Assembly (NCBI GenBank): GCA_964520555.1
Contig: CAZFNN010000004.1
Coordinates: 128,134-192,133, forward strand
Reading direction: 5' to 3'
Origin: an uncultured Ignavibacteria bacterium
Lineage (GTDB): Bacteria; Zixibacteria; MSB-5A5; CAIYYT01
DNA length: 64,000 nt
Part shown: positions 30,786-41,107 of the stretch, one piece after another
Layout: each line of letters begins with the position of its first letter
How positions within the stretch are numbered: the first letter of the stretch is position 1
Made by a program: the position numbers and the translations under genes
Notes under the pieces: generated by a model
What the model was told of the DNA's origin: nothing
The model's database searches: none
Seen by the model: only the letters and a program-made list of their open reading frames with translations

Positions 30786-31388
30786 ATGCAGCCAACCACT
30801 GCCAAGATCGTACTTTTCCTGTCGCTGATCGGTGCTGCGTTGCTCTTGATTACCTGTGCCCAAAGCGGCAGTGGCGACCAACCCTTAACCCAGGAACAAC
30901 TCGTCCAGCGCGGCGAGTATCTCGTCACCATTGGCGGATGCAACGACTGCCATTCGCCGAAGAAGTTCGGCCCGAAAGGCCCCGAGCCCGATCCGTCGAT
31001 CCTGCTCTCGGGTCATCCCGCCAACGCCGGCGTGCCGGAGATGGTCCCCGGCCTACCGAATCCCGCCGGCTGGATGGCCGCGTGCAATGCGCACATGACC
31101 GCCTGGGTCGGCCCGTGGGGTGTTTCTTTCGCCGCCAATCTCACGCCCGATTCCCAGACCGGCATCGGCGACTGGGAGGAGGCCGATTTCATCAAGGCGA
31201 TGCGCACCGGCCAGCATCTCGGCATGGGTCGCGACATCCTGCCGCCGATGCCGTGGCAGACGATCGGCAAAGCAACCGACGCGGACCTCAAAGCGATGTT
31301 TGCGTATTTGAAGTCGCTGCCGGCCGTGCCGAATCTCGTGCCGGGCCCGGTTCCGCCGCCGCAGACGGAAGCGCCCGCACACAACTGA
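30786..31388 (+). CDS. Monoheme c-type cytochrome lipoprotein (copy 2, tandem paralog)
   Basis: Lipobox LLITCAQSG and CNDCH. 200 aa. Highly similar to the 30029-30619 product. Confidence 0.75.
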   Translation: MQPTTAKIVLFLSLIGAALLLITCAQSGSGDQPLTQEQLVQRGEYLVTIGGCNDCHSPKKFGPKGPEPDPSILLSGHPANAGVPEMVPGLPNPAGWMAACNAHMTAWVGPWGVSFAANLTPDSQTGIGDWEEADFIKAMRTGQHLGMGRDILPPMPWQTIGKATDADLKAMFAYLKSLPAVPNLVPGPVPPPQTEAPAHN

Positions 31389-31415
31389 TCATTAGCTGCT
31401 GAAATGTATTCACAG

Positions 31416-31451
31416 CAAGAACGGCAGGAGCCAACGCTCCTGCCGTTCTTG
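31416..31451. terminator. Strong hairpin between convergent genes (16-bp stem)
   Basis: caagaacggcaggagc-caac-gctcctgccgttcttg, perfect. It lies between the cytochrome c copy 2 stop and the stop of the dockerin protein on the minus strand. Confidence 0.5.
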
Positions 31452-31472
31452 TCTACAAGGGTAAATTCCAAC

Positions 31473-32966
31473 TTACTGGTAGGCCGAGCACGGCTCATTG
31501 CCGCCCAAAAATACATAGTCGATCAGGTACACGCAGTCGGAGAGATTCAGCTTCAGATTGCAGTCGACATCGGCCATCCAAAACGTCGGCGGTGTCAGCT
31601 CGTCGCCAAAGACATAATTCAACAACATCAGCACGTCAAAAATCCCGACCACGCCGTTCATCTCCATGTCGCCGCAGAGCGGGCCGTGCGTCTTCTGAAC
31701 TGCGGCATTGACGGCGCGCAGCGCGGTGATTGAACTGACCGCATCGTCGCCCTGCCCCACCATTACTGCCGCAACCACCTCCTGCGTGTCGCCCGACGCC
31801 ATCGTGAACGGCCCCGAGGATAACAGCATGCGTCGGTCGCCCGCCGCAGTATCGACCCAGCCGCTTGACGTCACCGGATCACCGCTCAACGCAAAGGTTG
31901 TTACCTGCCCCGTCACCGGGTTGACCATCGGCACGGAGGCAAACGTCAGCGAATCTCGAATGAGCCCCCGCATGTAGGCATAGGTTTCATTAGCGTTCAT
32001 CGGATCGGCGCCGGATGCAAACCCGATAAAAGAGGTCATGCCCAGATTGCGAAACCCGCGGCGCCGCTCGCCGGAAACATACGCGATGTCCAGCGGCGTC
32101 GCCGGCACGATCGGCCCCTGCAGCAAATCCATTCCGACCGCCGGCGGTTTGGCACCATAGTCGCTGTCATCTCCGTCATTATAGCAGTATCCCATTGCCC
32201 GAATTGTATCGCATCCGACCAGATCATCGGATGCACTACCCAAGTCCGGATCGACCCAAATCGCGATGTAGGTATCTTCAAGCAGATTCGCTCCCTTGTT
32301 GATGATTGTGTACTTGAGAAAGTACGCATTCCCCAAGGCGTCGCCTCGGGCGAAGCCGTATGCCGCATGTTGCACTTCAATCCCGAGCGGTGGTGTGCTG
32401 CCGGAGTGGTTGACATGCGCATTCGGGTCGGCATCCGTAAACACCGACCAGGTCACTTGATCGCCCAGCAGCAACGGCGCGCCCTCATCATCAACCGGTG
32501 CACCCTGCCATGTGGGCCAGTTGGCGTAGTCGGGATTGGACTGCGGCGAATCCCCGCGCTGAATCTTGTACACTTTGAACTGCGCATTGTCCGGCATAAA
32601 CGTACCACCAGCCATCACCCCCGGCACATACTCCGACGAGTATTCCGCCACCGCCACCCGCGGCTCCCCCGCCACCTTGGCTCCGACCCAGAACCCCGCC
32701 GCGTAGATTACGGTCTTCTTTGTACCGCGCGGGAAGTAGAGCCCGTCGGTCTTGCCCAGATAATTCGCGTTGTCATAGGCAAAATTGCCGTCGTTGTAAA
32801 CGAACATCTCGAGCTGGTTGACATCGAGTCGTGTGTCGGTATCCTTGAACAAACTTGTTGGGTGAGTCCCGATCGGCTTGCCCGGCGGCGCTGCCGTACC
32901 AGATTCATTGCTGCCAATGACTGTCAATCCCAGCAACAAACTGGTCGCCACTACCTTTCTAAACAT
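31473..32966 (-). CDS. Secreted hypothetical protein with C-terminal dockerin-type repeats
   Basis: Signal peptide. A ~430-aa domain of unknown function rich in G/D/Y. C-terminal GVVGIFDVLMLLNYVFG and LNLSDCVYLIDYVFLGG dockerin-like repeats. Confidence 0.6.
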   Translation of the reverse strand: MFRKVVATSLLLGLTVIGSNESGTAAPPGKPIGTHPTSLFKDTDTRLDVNQLEMFVYNDGNFAYDNANYLGKTDGLYFPRGTKKTVIYAAGFWVGAKVAGEPRVAVAEYSSEYVPGVMAGGTFMPDNAQFKVYKIQRGDSPQSNPDYANWPTWQGAPVDDEGAPLLLGDQVTWSVFTDADPNAHVNHSGSTPPLGIEVQHAAYGFARGDALGNAYFLKYTIINKGANLLEDTYIAIWVDPDLGSASDDLVGCDTIRAMGYCYNDGDDSDYGAKPPAVGMDLLQGPIVPATPLDIAYVSGERRRGFRNLGMTSFIGFASGADPMNANETYAYMRGLIRDSLTFASVPMVNPVTGQVTTFALSGDPVTSSGWVDTAAGDRRMLLSSGPFTMASGDTQEVVAAVMVGQGDDAVSSITALRAVNAAVQKTHGPLCGDMEMNGVVGIFDVLMLLNYVFGDELTPPTFWMADVDCNLKLNLSDCVYLIDYVFLGGNEPCSAYQ

Positions 32967-33089
32967 TGGGAACCTCCTGTCGAAATTCCGCTAATCTGGA
33001 GTCTTCAACTGCTCATCAAATTCAGCTCCACCGGTGTCCTTGTCAATACCTAATCTCGTGCCGCTCCGTTGATCGCAGCAGCCGGGCCG

Positions 33090-33443
33090 TTAGCTTGGCA
33101 CAATCATTCCCCGGAACATGAAGTACGCCGCACCGATCAAACACAGCCCCGCCCACAGGAAGTCCAGCTTCAGGTCCTCCTTCATGTAAACGACGCTGAA
33201 GAGCGCAAACACGCACATCGTGATAATCTCCTGCATCACCTTCAATTGACTGAGGTTGAAATGCTGATAGCCGATGCGATTGGCCGGCACCTGCAAGCAG
33301 TACTCAAAGAAGGCCACACCCCAGCTGATTAGAATGACCAAAACCAGCGGCTTCGCCTTGAAATCGCGCAAGTGCCCATACCAGGCGTAGGTCATGAAGA
33401 AGTTTGATGCAATTAGCAGCAGCACCGTCGACAAACGTCCCAT
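33090..33443 (-). CDS. DMT-superfamily small membrane protein (DUF486)
   Basis: 117 aa, 4 TM helices. The FMTYAWYGHL motif is characteristic of DUF486. Confidence 0.6.
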   Translation of the reverse strand: MGRLSTVLLLIASNFFMTYAWYGHLRDFKAKPLVLVILISWGVAFFEYCLQVPANRIGYQHFNLSQLKVMQEIITMCVFALFSVVYMKEDLKLDFLWAGLCLIGAAYFMFRGMIVPS

Positions 33444-33662
33444 AAATATCCTCTATCTCCAGGCAAAAATTCCTCGCTCCTGCCAGACTGGTCGCGCCGC
33501 CGGCTTGGCTGCTAATCAGCGCGTTCGCCGCGGTCAAAACAACCCCAAAATTATGCCCCGGAGCAAGGGGCACGAGTGTCAGTCGTTCCACTCCGAAACG
33601 CTGCTGAAACTGCAATTGGCTGCTCAAAAAACCGGGACGAAAAGCCGATATACTTGGTGTAC

Positions 33663-34355
33663 ATGGCAACAGAGATTACCACCATTGGCGCCGCGCGCGC
33701 TCTGCGCCGCAAGCGGCAGTCTCACATTAAAGAATATGTCGAAGCGATCCTGATCGCGGTGGTGATTGCCGTTATCCTGCGCATGTTTGTCGTGCAGGCC
33801 TACCGCGTCTCTTCCGGTTCGATGGAATACACGCTGCTTGAAGGCGACTTCCTTTTCGTGAACAAGTTTGCCTACCGCTTTGCGGAACCACAGCTTAACG
33901 ACGTAATCGTCTTCGAATTTCCGATGAATCCCACCAAGGACTATATCAAGCGTATCGTCGCCGGTCCAGGCCAGATGGTTGAGATCAAGGACAAGCAACT
34001 TCTGGTCGACGGCCAACCGGTGCCGCTCATGGCCGGCATGCACCACAGCGACCCGGATACCTTGCCCGATCTCTATTCCTCGCGCGATCAATTCGGACCG
34101 ATGCAGGTTCCGGCCGACCACTATTTCGTCCTTGGCGACAATCGCGACGACAGTCAGGACTCGCGCTTCTGGGGTTTCCTCGACAAGAGCCACATCAAGG
34201 GTAAAGCGCTCTTCATCTATTTCAGTTGGGCGCCTGATCCGAATGCCCCGAACGTCGAGCCGCCCTACATTATTGATTTCTTCTCGGCGTTTTTCTACAA
34301 CCTGGGGCATTTCTTCGAGCGCGCCCGTTTCGACCGCATGTTCAGCATGCTCTAA
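33663..34355 (+). CDS. lepB: Signal peptidase I
   Basis: SGSMEYTL (catalytic Ser), KRIVAGPGQ (catalytic Lys region), VLGDNRDDSQDSRFWG box E. Start at the ATG 33663 (MATEITT). Confidence 0.85.
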   Translation: MATEITTIGAARALRRKRQSHIKEYVEAILIAVVIAVILRMFVVQAYRVSSGSMEYTLLEGDFLFVNKFAYRFAEPQLNDVIVFEFPMNPTKDYIKRIVAGPGQMVEIKDKQLLVDGQPVPLMAGMHHSDPDTLPDLYSSRDQFGPMQVPADHYFVLGDNRDDSQDSRFWGFLDKSHIKGKALFIYFSWAPDPNAPNVEPPYIIDFFSAFFYNLGHFFERARFDRMFSML

Positions 34356-34478
34356 ACTCGCCCCCAGCCTTTTTCGCTCCCCCACTTGCGCTTCCTATCC
34401 TGAGTCCTTATAATCTCTGAAGCATGAGCGACCTTCCGGTATCACGCCTGGTCCATTCGGTTCGGCCGGAGTTCCGCC

Positions 34479-35768
34479 GTGGATAACGCCGGCCTCGAAA
34501 TTCTCGCCATCGCCATCCTGATCCTGCTGAACGGCTTCTTCGCCGGTTCCGAAATCTCGATTCTCGCCGTCCGCAAGAGCCAGATTCGCAACCTGATCGC
34601 GCAAGGCGACAAATCCGCCAAGAAGATTTCCGACTTGCTGGCCCAACCCGAAGACTTCATCGCCACCATCCAGGTCGGCGTCACCGTCGCCGGCACCCTC
34701 GGTTCCGTGCTCGGCGGCCGCTCACTCGTGCCGATTCTCCAGCCCTATTTTGAGTCCTTTAAGGTATCGCCCGAAGCCGCCGAGAATCTGGCGATTACCG
34801 CCGTCGTGATTATACTCTCTGCCTTGTTTCTGATCCTCGGCGAACTCGTCCCCAAGTATCTCGCCGTCAGTTTTCCCGAGAAGCTCGCCCTCGGCGTCGC
34901 CCCGTCCGTCTCGGTCTTCTCGAAATTTGCCTATCTGCCGTCCAAGTTGCTCAGTTCCATCGCGCGCCTGATCCTCCGGCCGTTCGGGTTGGTCGATCGC
35001 AAAGTCGAATCGGCACATACCGATGAAGAGATCAACCTCATCTTGAGCGAAGGCCACGATCGCGGCGACTTCGATCAGGCCGAGCGCGACCTGATCCGCG
35101 GCGTCTTCGAATTCGCCGACACCACCGTTCGCCAGGCCATGACCCCACGTACCCGGATCGTCGGCCTCGACCTCACCAGTCGCCACGACGACATCTTGCG
35201 CAAAATCTCCGAAGAGGGCTATTCGCGCTATCCGGTCTACGAGGAGTCGCTCGACAACATCAAGGGCGTCGTCCACACCAAGGACGTCATCAATGTCCTC
35301 GTCCACGCCCAGTTGGTGATCCTGCAGGATCTGATCCGCCCGGTCGCTTTCGTCCCTGACTCCAAGCTCATCTCCACTCAACTGCACGAATTCCAGCGCA
35401 CCCAGCAGCACATGGCGATCGTCCTCGACGAATTCGGCGGTACCGCCGGCCTGATTACGCTGGAGGACATCGTCGAAGAAATCGTCGGCGAAATCCGCGA
35501 CGAGCACGACACCGAACTGGAACCCTTTATCCTGATCAACGACCGCCTGTGCCAGGTGCAGGCGTCATTTCCCCTCGAAGACTTCAACCGGCTGTTCGAT
35601 GTCGAACTCGATAAGGAAGCGGCCGACACCGTCGGCGGCTTTGTCTTTGACCATCTGGGCAAGATTCCCCGCCAGGGCGAGCGTGTCGCGATCGATAACC
35701 TGCAGTTCGAAATCCTGCTGGTCAAAGGTCCGCGTATTGAACGCATGCGCGTCAAGAAGCTCGAATAG
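34479..35768 (+). CDS. HlyC/CorC (CNNM/TlyC) family transporter-associated protein: DUF21 + 2xCBS + CorC_HlyC
   Basis: LLNGFFAGSEISI DUF21 N-terminus, CBS pair, C-terminal transporter-associated domain. GTG start; the upstream ATG is out of frame. Confidence 0.8.
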   Translation: MDNAGLEILAIAILILLNGFFAGSEISILAVRKSQIRNLIAQGDKSAKKISDLLAQPEDFIATIQVGVTVAGTLGSVLGGRSLVPILQPYFESFKVSPEAAENLAITAVVIILSALFLILGELVPKYLAVSFPEKLALGVAPSVSVFSKFAYLPSKLLSSIARLILRPFGLVDRKVESAHTDEEINLILSEGHDRGDFDQAERDLIRGVFEFADTTVRQAMTPRTRIVGLDLTSRHDDILRKISEEGYSRYPVYEESLDNIKGVVHTKDVINVLVHAQLVILQDLIRPVAFVPDSKLISTQLHEFQRTQQHMAIVLDEFGGTAGLITLEDIVEEIVGEIRDEHDTELEPFILINDRLCQVQASFPLEDFNRLFDVELDKEAADTVGGFVFDHLGKIPRQGERVAIDNLQFEILLVKGPRIERMRVKKLE

Positions 35769-35791
35769 ACCGCCCTCAGCACCTGAAATCA

Positions 35792-35821
35792 AACGCGGCG
35801 GATGAAAAAACCCGCCGCGTT
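35792..35821. terminator. Hairpin between convergent tlyC-like and M16B genes
   Basis: aacgcggcgg-N10-ccgccgcgtt is a 10-bp stem. Confidence 0.4.
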
Positions 35822-35852
35822 ATTGCTCGAACAGTCTCGCTCTCCAGCGCTA

Positions 35853-37235
35853 TTACAGATCCGAAAGCTCCAGCTCCGTGATCTGCCCAAACTGTTTCAG
35901 CTTGTCGCGCAAAGCCTCAGCCTTGCCGACCACGACGATCAACAGATTGTTCGGATCGAGATACTTCTGCGCCACCGCACGCACCTGCTGGGGCGTGACC
36001 GCATTGAGATAGTCGATATACTTCGCCAGGTAATCCTTCTCCAGCCCGTACAATTCGACAATCGAGAGCTGGTCGGCTACCTGCTCCGGCGTCTCGAACT
36101 GCCGCGGGAAAAATCCGGCGTAGAACGATTTCGCCTCGCTCAGCTCCTGCGCCGTAACATCGGTATCACGCATGCGGTTGAGATGCTCGATCGTCGCGGC
36201 AATCGCCGGCGCGCACGAATCGGTGCGCGTCGCCACGGTGACCGCGAATTCCCCCGGGTAGCGATTGAACGCGTACATCGACGAAATCCCGTACGTCAAC
36301 CCGCGCTTGTCGCGCACGTCAATCAATAGCCGCGAACGGAAGCCGCCGCCGCCGAGGATGTAGTTCATCAGCCGCACGGCATAGATATCAGGATTCAGCC
36401 GGTCGATTCCCAAATGCCCCATCTTCACGTTGGCATTGGTCGCATCCGGCTTGTTCACGAGAATCACCGTGGTTCCGCGCACCGGGTTGGCCGGCGGGAA
36501 ATCGGCTTTCGCCAGTTCGCCCTTCAACCAGCCGGCTAGTTTCGCCTCGATCTTCGGCAGCACCTCCGCCGCCGTCACCGCGCCAGCCACGTAGAGCACA
36601 GAGTTGTTCGGCACGAAGTAAGTCTTCCAGAAATTCACGATGTCGTCGCGCGTGATCGTCTCGACTGACTCGATCGTCCCCGATCCCGGCTGCCCGTACG
36701 GATGTTCGCCGAAGAGGTACAATCCGAACTGAATGTCCGCCACGGTCCCCGGTTCGTCCTTCTGCGACATCAGCCCGGCGATCGCCTGCTTGCGGAGACG
36801 CTCGACCTCGTCCGCCGGAAACGTCGGATTCAGCACCACGTCCGCCAGCAGGTCAATCCCCACATCCAGATGTTTCGTCAACACTTCGCAGGTGACATTC
36901 ATCGCATCTTCGCGCGCGTTGGCGCCCAGACTGCCACCGACGAAATCGATTTCCTGCGACACCTTGGTAGCGTCCCGGGTCGTCGTTCCCTTGCGCAGCA
37001 ACTCGGCGGTCATATTGGCCAAACCGGCTTTGCCGCGCGGATCCATCGCCGCCCCCGACTTGATCAGAAGCCGCATCGACACCACCGGTTGCTCGTCATT
37101 CTGCACCACTACGACTCTCAGGCCGTTGTCGAGCACCTTCTCCGTCATCGGCGGCATCGCGATCGCGCCCATCACCTGCGTCGCCGCCAGCGCGAACACC
37201 ATCAGACTTGTCACTATCATCAAACGTTTTCGCAT
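35853..37235 (-). CDS. M16-family peptidase, non-catalytic (M16B-type) subunit
   Basis: Signal peptide. Insulinase fold that lacks the HxxEH motif. Immediately downstream of the catalytic partner. Confidence 0.75.
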   Translation of the reverse strand: MRKRLMIVTSLMVFALAATQVMGAIAMPPMTEKVLDNGLRVVVVQNDEQPVVSMRLLIKSGAAMDPRGKAGLANMTAELLRKGTTTRDATKVSQEIDFVGGSLGANAREDAMNVTCEVLTKHLDVGIDLLADVVLNPTFPADEVERLRKQAIAGLMSQKDEPGTVADIQFGLYLFGEHPYGQPGSGTIESVETITRDDIVNFWKTYFVPNNSVLYVAGAVTAAEVLPKIEAKLAGWLKGELAKADFPPANPVRGTTVILVNKPDATNANVKMGHLGIDRLNPDIYAVRLMNYILGGGGFRSRLLIDVRDKRGLTYGISSMYAFNRYPGEFAVTVATRTDSCAPAIAATIEHLNRMRDTDVTAQELSEAKSFYAGFFPRQFETPEQVADQLSIVELYGLEKDYLAKYIDYLNAVTPQQVRAVAQKYLDPNNLLIVVVGKAEALRDKLKQFGQITELELSDL

Positions 37236-37250
37236 GATTCTGCTTCCTCC

Positions 37251-38591
37251 CTAAAATCCCATCATTCCGCTGCCGCCCTGCTGTTCCTGGATCACGGTCA
37301 CCACCGTGCGCTTGCGGTCGGTCAGATAATCCTTGGCAACGCGCATGATGTCTTCGGCCGTCACGGCATTGTACTTCTCCGCCTCGGTAAACATCTGCTT
37401 GTAGTCGCCCAACACCGTCTGATAGTAGCCGAGCTGGTTGGCCTTGGCATCGTTCGACTGGTTGCCCATGTAGAACCGCGCCTCGATCTGGTTCTTGGCC
37501 TTCTGCAGCTCTTCCGCACTCACCGGCTCGGTCTTCAGCTTCTCGATCTCTTCGTACAGCGCTTTCTCGCCGTCGGCCGTGGTCTTGCCCGGCTGCATGA
37601 AGCCGTAGGCGAAGAACACGCCCGCCTGCTCCATCGACTGGTACTGCCCCCCCGCCGCCAGCGCCATCTGCTCCTTGTAGACTAACCGCTGATAGGCGCG
37701 CGACGACTCGCCACCCGACAATATCGCCGCCAACACGTCGAGCGGATAGCTGTCGGGATGGCCCGCCGCCGGTGACTGGTAACCGGCAATGAAAATCGGT
37801 AATTGCGAAATCTTGTGGTAATTCACCCGCCGCTCGCCGCGCTGTTCCGGCTCGTTGTACACCGGCCGCGGCATCTTTGGATTCCCCGGGATCTTGCCGA
37901 AATGCTTCTCGACGACCTTGATCGCCTCCGGCGTGTTGACGTCACCGACGATCACCACCGTCGCATTAGCCGGGTTGTAATACGTGCGATAGTAGTTCAG
38001 GCAGTCTTCCAGTGTAATACTCTCAACGTCCTTGCGCCACCCGATCGTCATCCAGCCGTAAGAGTGCGCCAGGAACACGTTCGCCATCAATTGCTCCAGT
38101 ACGTCGCCGAAGGGCGAATTGTCGATCCGCTCGTTCCGCTCTTCCAGTACCACCTGCCGTTCCGAAGCCAACTGCGTCTCGGTCAGCGTCAGGTACTGCA
38201 TCCGGTCGGCCTCCAGTCGCGCCACCAGATCCAACTGGTCCTTGCCGACCTGCTGGTGATAGGCCGTCATGTCGTTCGCGGTGAAGGCGTTGATCAGCCC
38301 GCCGTTCATCTGCATCAACCGGTCGTGCTCGCCATCCGCGAAGTTCTTGCTGCCTTTGAACATCAGATGCTCGAACAGGTGCGAAATCCCGGTAATCCCC
38401 GGACGCTCGTTCTTCGACCCGACGTGATACCAGACGTGAAAACTGAAGGCCGGCGTCGAGTGATCCTCCAACGTCAGCACCGTCAGTCCGTTCTTCAGCA
38501 CATGTTTCTGCACCGGCCACTCCGATACTGTCGCCGACGCCAGCGCCGGCAGGAGCACCAGCAACATGGCCACTACCAAGAGTCTCTTCAT
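37251..38591 (-). CDS. M16-family zinc peptidase (pitrilysin-like), catalytic subunit
   Basis: HLFEHLMFKGS inverted zincin motif. The real start is MKRLLVV at 38591, with GGAGGA 5 nt upstream. The track start at 38816 adds 75 aa of Ala/Gly-rich read-through. Confidence 0.8.
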   Translation of the reverse strand: MKRLLVVAMLLVLLPALASATVSEWPVQKHVLKNGLTVLTLEDHSTPAFSFHVWYHVGSKNERPGITGISHLFEHLMFKGSKNFADGEHDRLMQMNGGLINAFTANDMTAYHQQVGKDQLDLVARLEADRMQYLTLTETQLASERQVVLEERNERIDNSPFGDVLEQLMANVFLAHSYGWMTIGWRKDVESITLEDCLNYYRTYYNPANATVVIVGDVNTPEAIKVVEKHFGKIPGNPKMPRPVYNEPEQRGERRVNYHKISQLPIFIAGYQSPAAGHPDSYPLDVLAAILSGGESSRAYQRLVYKEQMALAAGGQYQSMEQAGVFFAYGFMQPGKTTADGEKALYEEIEKLKTEPVSAEELQKAKNQIEARFYMGNQSNDAKANQLGYYQTVLGDYKQMFTEAEKYNAVTAEDIMRVAKDYLTDRKRTVVTVIQEQQGGSGMMGF

Positions 38592-38650
38592 TTGTCCTCC
38601 ATCGGGATATGTGATTTTTGACAGATATTCCCAGCACATTGCGTGTCGCT

Positions 38651-41074
38651 CTACTGAATCGTCAAGCTGTAGGGCAGCCGCATCTGCAATCTGGCATCGG
38701 TGGCCGTCAACGGGCCCAGCAACGCCGACAGCGTCTGACGCTCGCTCCCCGTCAGCGCATTCACCACTCCATAGGCCAGGCTCGACAACCGCATCGCCAG
38801 TCGGCGCTGCGGCCACTCGACCACCTCATAATAATCATCACGGACTCCCGCGCGCTCGCGAGCCAGGTTGATGGCGTCGATCAAGCTTCCGACGGTATCC
38901 GCCAGTCCCAGCTCGACTGCTCTCCGACCGCTCCAGGCGCGCCCCTGCGCTATCGCGTGAATTGAATCCGCCGGCAGTCCGCGTCCGTCGGCCACTACAT
39001 CGAGGAACCGAACATACATGTCGTTCACCTGCCGCCGCAGAATCGAACGCTCGTCGGGCGAATATGGTTCCGTCATCGAATGGAAGTTCGCGTGCTCGCC
39101 CCGCTTGATCGTCTCCGTGCGCAAACCCAGCTTGTCATACAGCCCGTTCAAAGTCGGCTTCCCGGCAAACACCCCGATCGACCCCGTTATCGTCTGCGGC
39201 TCCGTGATGATCCGGTCGGAGGCCGACGCGATGTAGTACCCCCCCGAGGCGCACACATCCGACATCGAAATAATCACCGGCTTGGCCTTGCGCGCTTCCG
39301 CCAACTCGCCCCAGATCAGATCCGAGGCAATCGCATCTCCGCCCGGCGTGTTCATCCGCATCACGATCGCTGCGATCGCTGGATTCGTCCGGGCCGCCCG
39401 AATCGCGCCCGCAATCGTCCCGGCGCCCGCGGTGTTGCCCTCAACGTAATCATACCCGGAACTACCCTTGACGATGCCCCCCTCCACCGCGATCAGGGCG
39501 ATCTGCGGTGGTTCGCCGAACCTCTCCCGAAACTGCGGCCGGTTGCGATACTTTCCCGCCGGCATCACGCCGTAATGGGCGCCGTAGAATTCGGCAATTT
39601 TGTTCTCCAGCTCGTGCGGGTAGAAGCGTCCATCCACCAGGCGCAACGATTCCGCCTGCGTCGATGTGAACGGCCCCTCGTCGATGATCGCGCGCAGGTG
39701 CTCCGTGGTGATCCCCCGCTCCTGCGCGATGTCCGCCAGCATCTGCTCGTACAGATCATCGAGCAACGTTTCCAGTGTCTCGCGATAGTACGGACTCAAC
39801 GTCGTATCAGTAAACACGTCGGGGGCGTTCTTGTACTTCCCTGACTTCTCAACCTCCGCGCCAATCCCCAGTTTCTCCATTAGTCCGGTGTAAAATGTCA
39901 CTTCCGCGCGCAAGCCGGTCAAATTCAGTGCATCAACCGGCAGCATGTAGATCTTGTCCGCCGCCGAAGCCAGATAATAACCACCGTTGCCGACGCCCGT
40001 CCCGAGATAGGCAATCACCGGCTTGCCGGTCTTGCGAAAATCGTGCAGCGCTGCGCGGAAATCGGCGATCCGTCCCCAGCCGATTCGCGGACTGCGAATC
40101 GTCACCAGCAAGCCCCGCACCTGTGGATCCGCCGCCGCCTGCCGGATCTTCTCCAGCCGCTGGTACATCGTCGCCGGCCCGCGTCCGAACAAGAACGGCT
40201 TGACCACCTCTTCCGGCATCTCACCGCTGACGTCGATCTGCAGCACCGAATGTGTATGCTTGATCACCTGCTCGCGCTGCGCGCCAGAGATTCCGGCGTA
40301 AACCGTCGAACGCCTGTAGTCGGCTTCGTCATTAAAGAAGCTTTCGCCTCCGACCAGCACGCTCCCGAACGTGAACTCCAGCCCCGTGCCGAAAAATCCT
40401 TCGTCATCAATGCCGCCATAAAGCGACAACCCCGGCCGCCACTTGAAGCGCGCGCTCAAGTGCCAGGTCGCTTCATCGAGACGTTGACTGCCGTGCAGCG
40501 TCACGTCCGCCCCCAGGGTCAGCGTCTCGCCGAACGGTCGCATCGCCGCTCCCAGCAGATACGCGATCGAACTCTCCCGACCGTCGAATTTCTGCTTGTT
40601 GAAATTGCGCGCCTGCAGCGACAGTGCGACCTGCCGGTTGGCGTGATAGAGCAGCGAAGCATTCCAGGCGTGCGCCCTGTTGATCGGCGCCCAATCGCTC
40701 TTGTAGTAAGTGTAACTCAATCCGCTGTAGAGATTCTCTACGACGCGGCTCGATACGGCGAAATCGTAGCGCGACACCTCGTCGGGCAGATCGAGTTTCA
40801 GCCTCTGATAACCAAAGCCAAATCCGTAACCCGCAACCAGTATGGCATTATCTCCATCAAAATCGTCCTCGCCGAAACCCCGATAGTAATTCAGCGCCAA
40901 CGCCCGATTGATGTATAGCGCCGCCGGATTGAGAATCACCGATTCCACCCCCAGCGTCGCCGCTTGCGGCACGTCGGGAAGCGGTAGGCTCAGGGTCAGG
41001 GGCAGATTGGCAGCCTCGGCGCCGGCAGCAAGACTGAGCGCGAGGAGTACACAGAAAATTACGCGGATAAACAA
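38651..41074 (-). CDS. sppA: Signal peptide peptidase SppA (S49, two-domain 67K type) with ~270-aa N-terminal beta-rich extension
   Basis: Tandem ClpP/crotonase-like S49 domains with MSDVCASGGYYIASA (Ser) and a Lys in the first domain. The N-terminal 270 aa are rich in alternating aromatics (outer-membrane beta-barrel-like). Confidence 0.75.
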   Translation of the reverse strand: MFIRVIFCVLLALSLAAGAEAANLPLTLSLPLPDVPQAATLGVESVILNPAALYINRALALNYYRGFGEDDFDGDNAILVAGYGFGFGYQRLKLDLPDEVSRYDFAVSSRVVENLYSGLSYTYYKSDWAPINRAHAWNASLLYHANRQVALSLQARNFNKQKFDGRESSIAYLLGAAMRPFGETLTLGADVTLHGSQRLDEATWHLSARFKWRPGLSLYGGIDDEGFFGTGLEFTFGSVLVGGESFFNDEADYRRSTVYAGISGAQREQVIKHTHSVLQIDVSGEMPEEVVKPFLFGRGPATMYQRLEKIRQAAADPQVRGLLVTIRSPRIGWGRIADFRAALHDFRKTGKPVIAYLGTGVGNGGYYLASAADKIYMLPVDALNLTGLRAEVTFYTGLMEKLGIGAEVEKSGKYKNAPDVFTDTTLSPYYRETLETLLDDLYEQMLADIAQERGITTEHLRAIIDEGPFTSTQAESLRLVDGRFYPHELENKIAEFYGAHYGVMPAGKYRNRPQFRERFGEPPQIALIAVEGGIVKGSSGYDYVEGNTAGAGTIAGAIRAARTNPAIAAIVMRMNTPGGDAIASDLIWGELAEARKAKPVIISMSDVCASGGYYIASASDRIITEPQTITGSIGVFAGKPTLNGLYDKLGLRTETIKRGEHANFHSMTEPYSPDERSILRRQVNDMYVRFLDVVADGRGLPADSIHAIAQGRAWSGRRAVELGLADTVGSLIDAINLARERAGVRDDYYEVVEWPQRRLAMRLSSLAYGVVNALTGSERQTLSALLGPLTATDARLQMRLPYSLTIQ

Positions 41075-41107
41075 GGTGGGCCTTTCCCGGTTGCGATAGC
41101 GGCAGGC

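Larger units (their letters stand above)
29971..31388 (+). repeat. Tandem duplication (two ~0.7 kb units), each unit comprising a promoter, RBS and a monoheme cytochrome c lipoprotein gene
   Basis: The units run about 29971-30619 and 30728-31388. Both have a TTGACA-N16-TAAACT promoter and a CAAGGAGTG RBS. The encoded proteins are about 65-70% identical. Confidence 0.7.

Noticed and set aside
38592-38816. 75-aa N-terminal extension of the M16 peptidase ORF, overlapping the sppA end
   Set aside because: The signal peptide begins at the internal MKRLLVV (38591), which has a GGAGGA RBS. The extension would precede the signal peptide and overlap the upstream gene.
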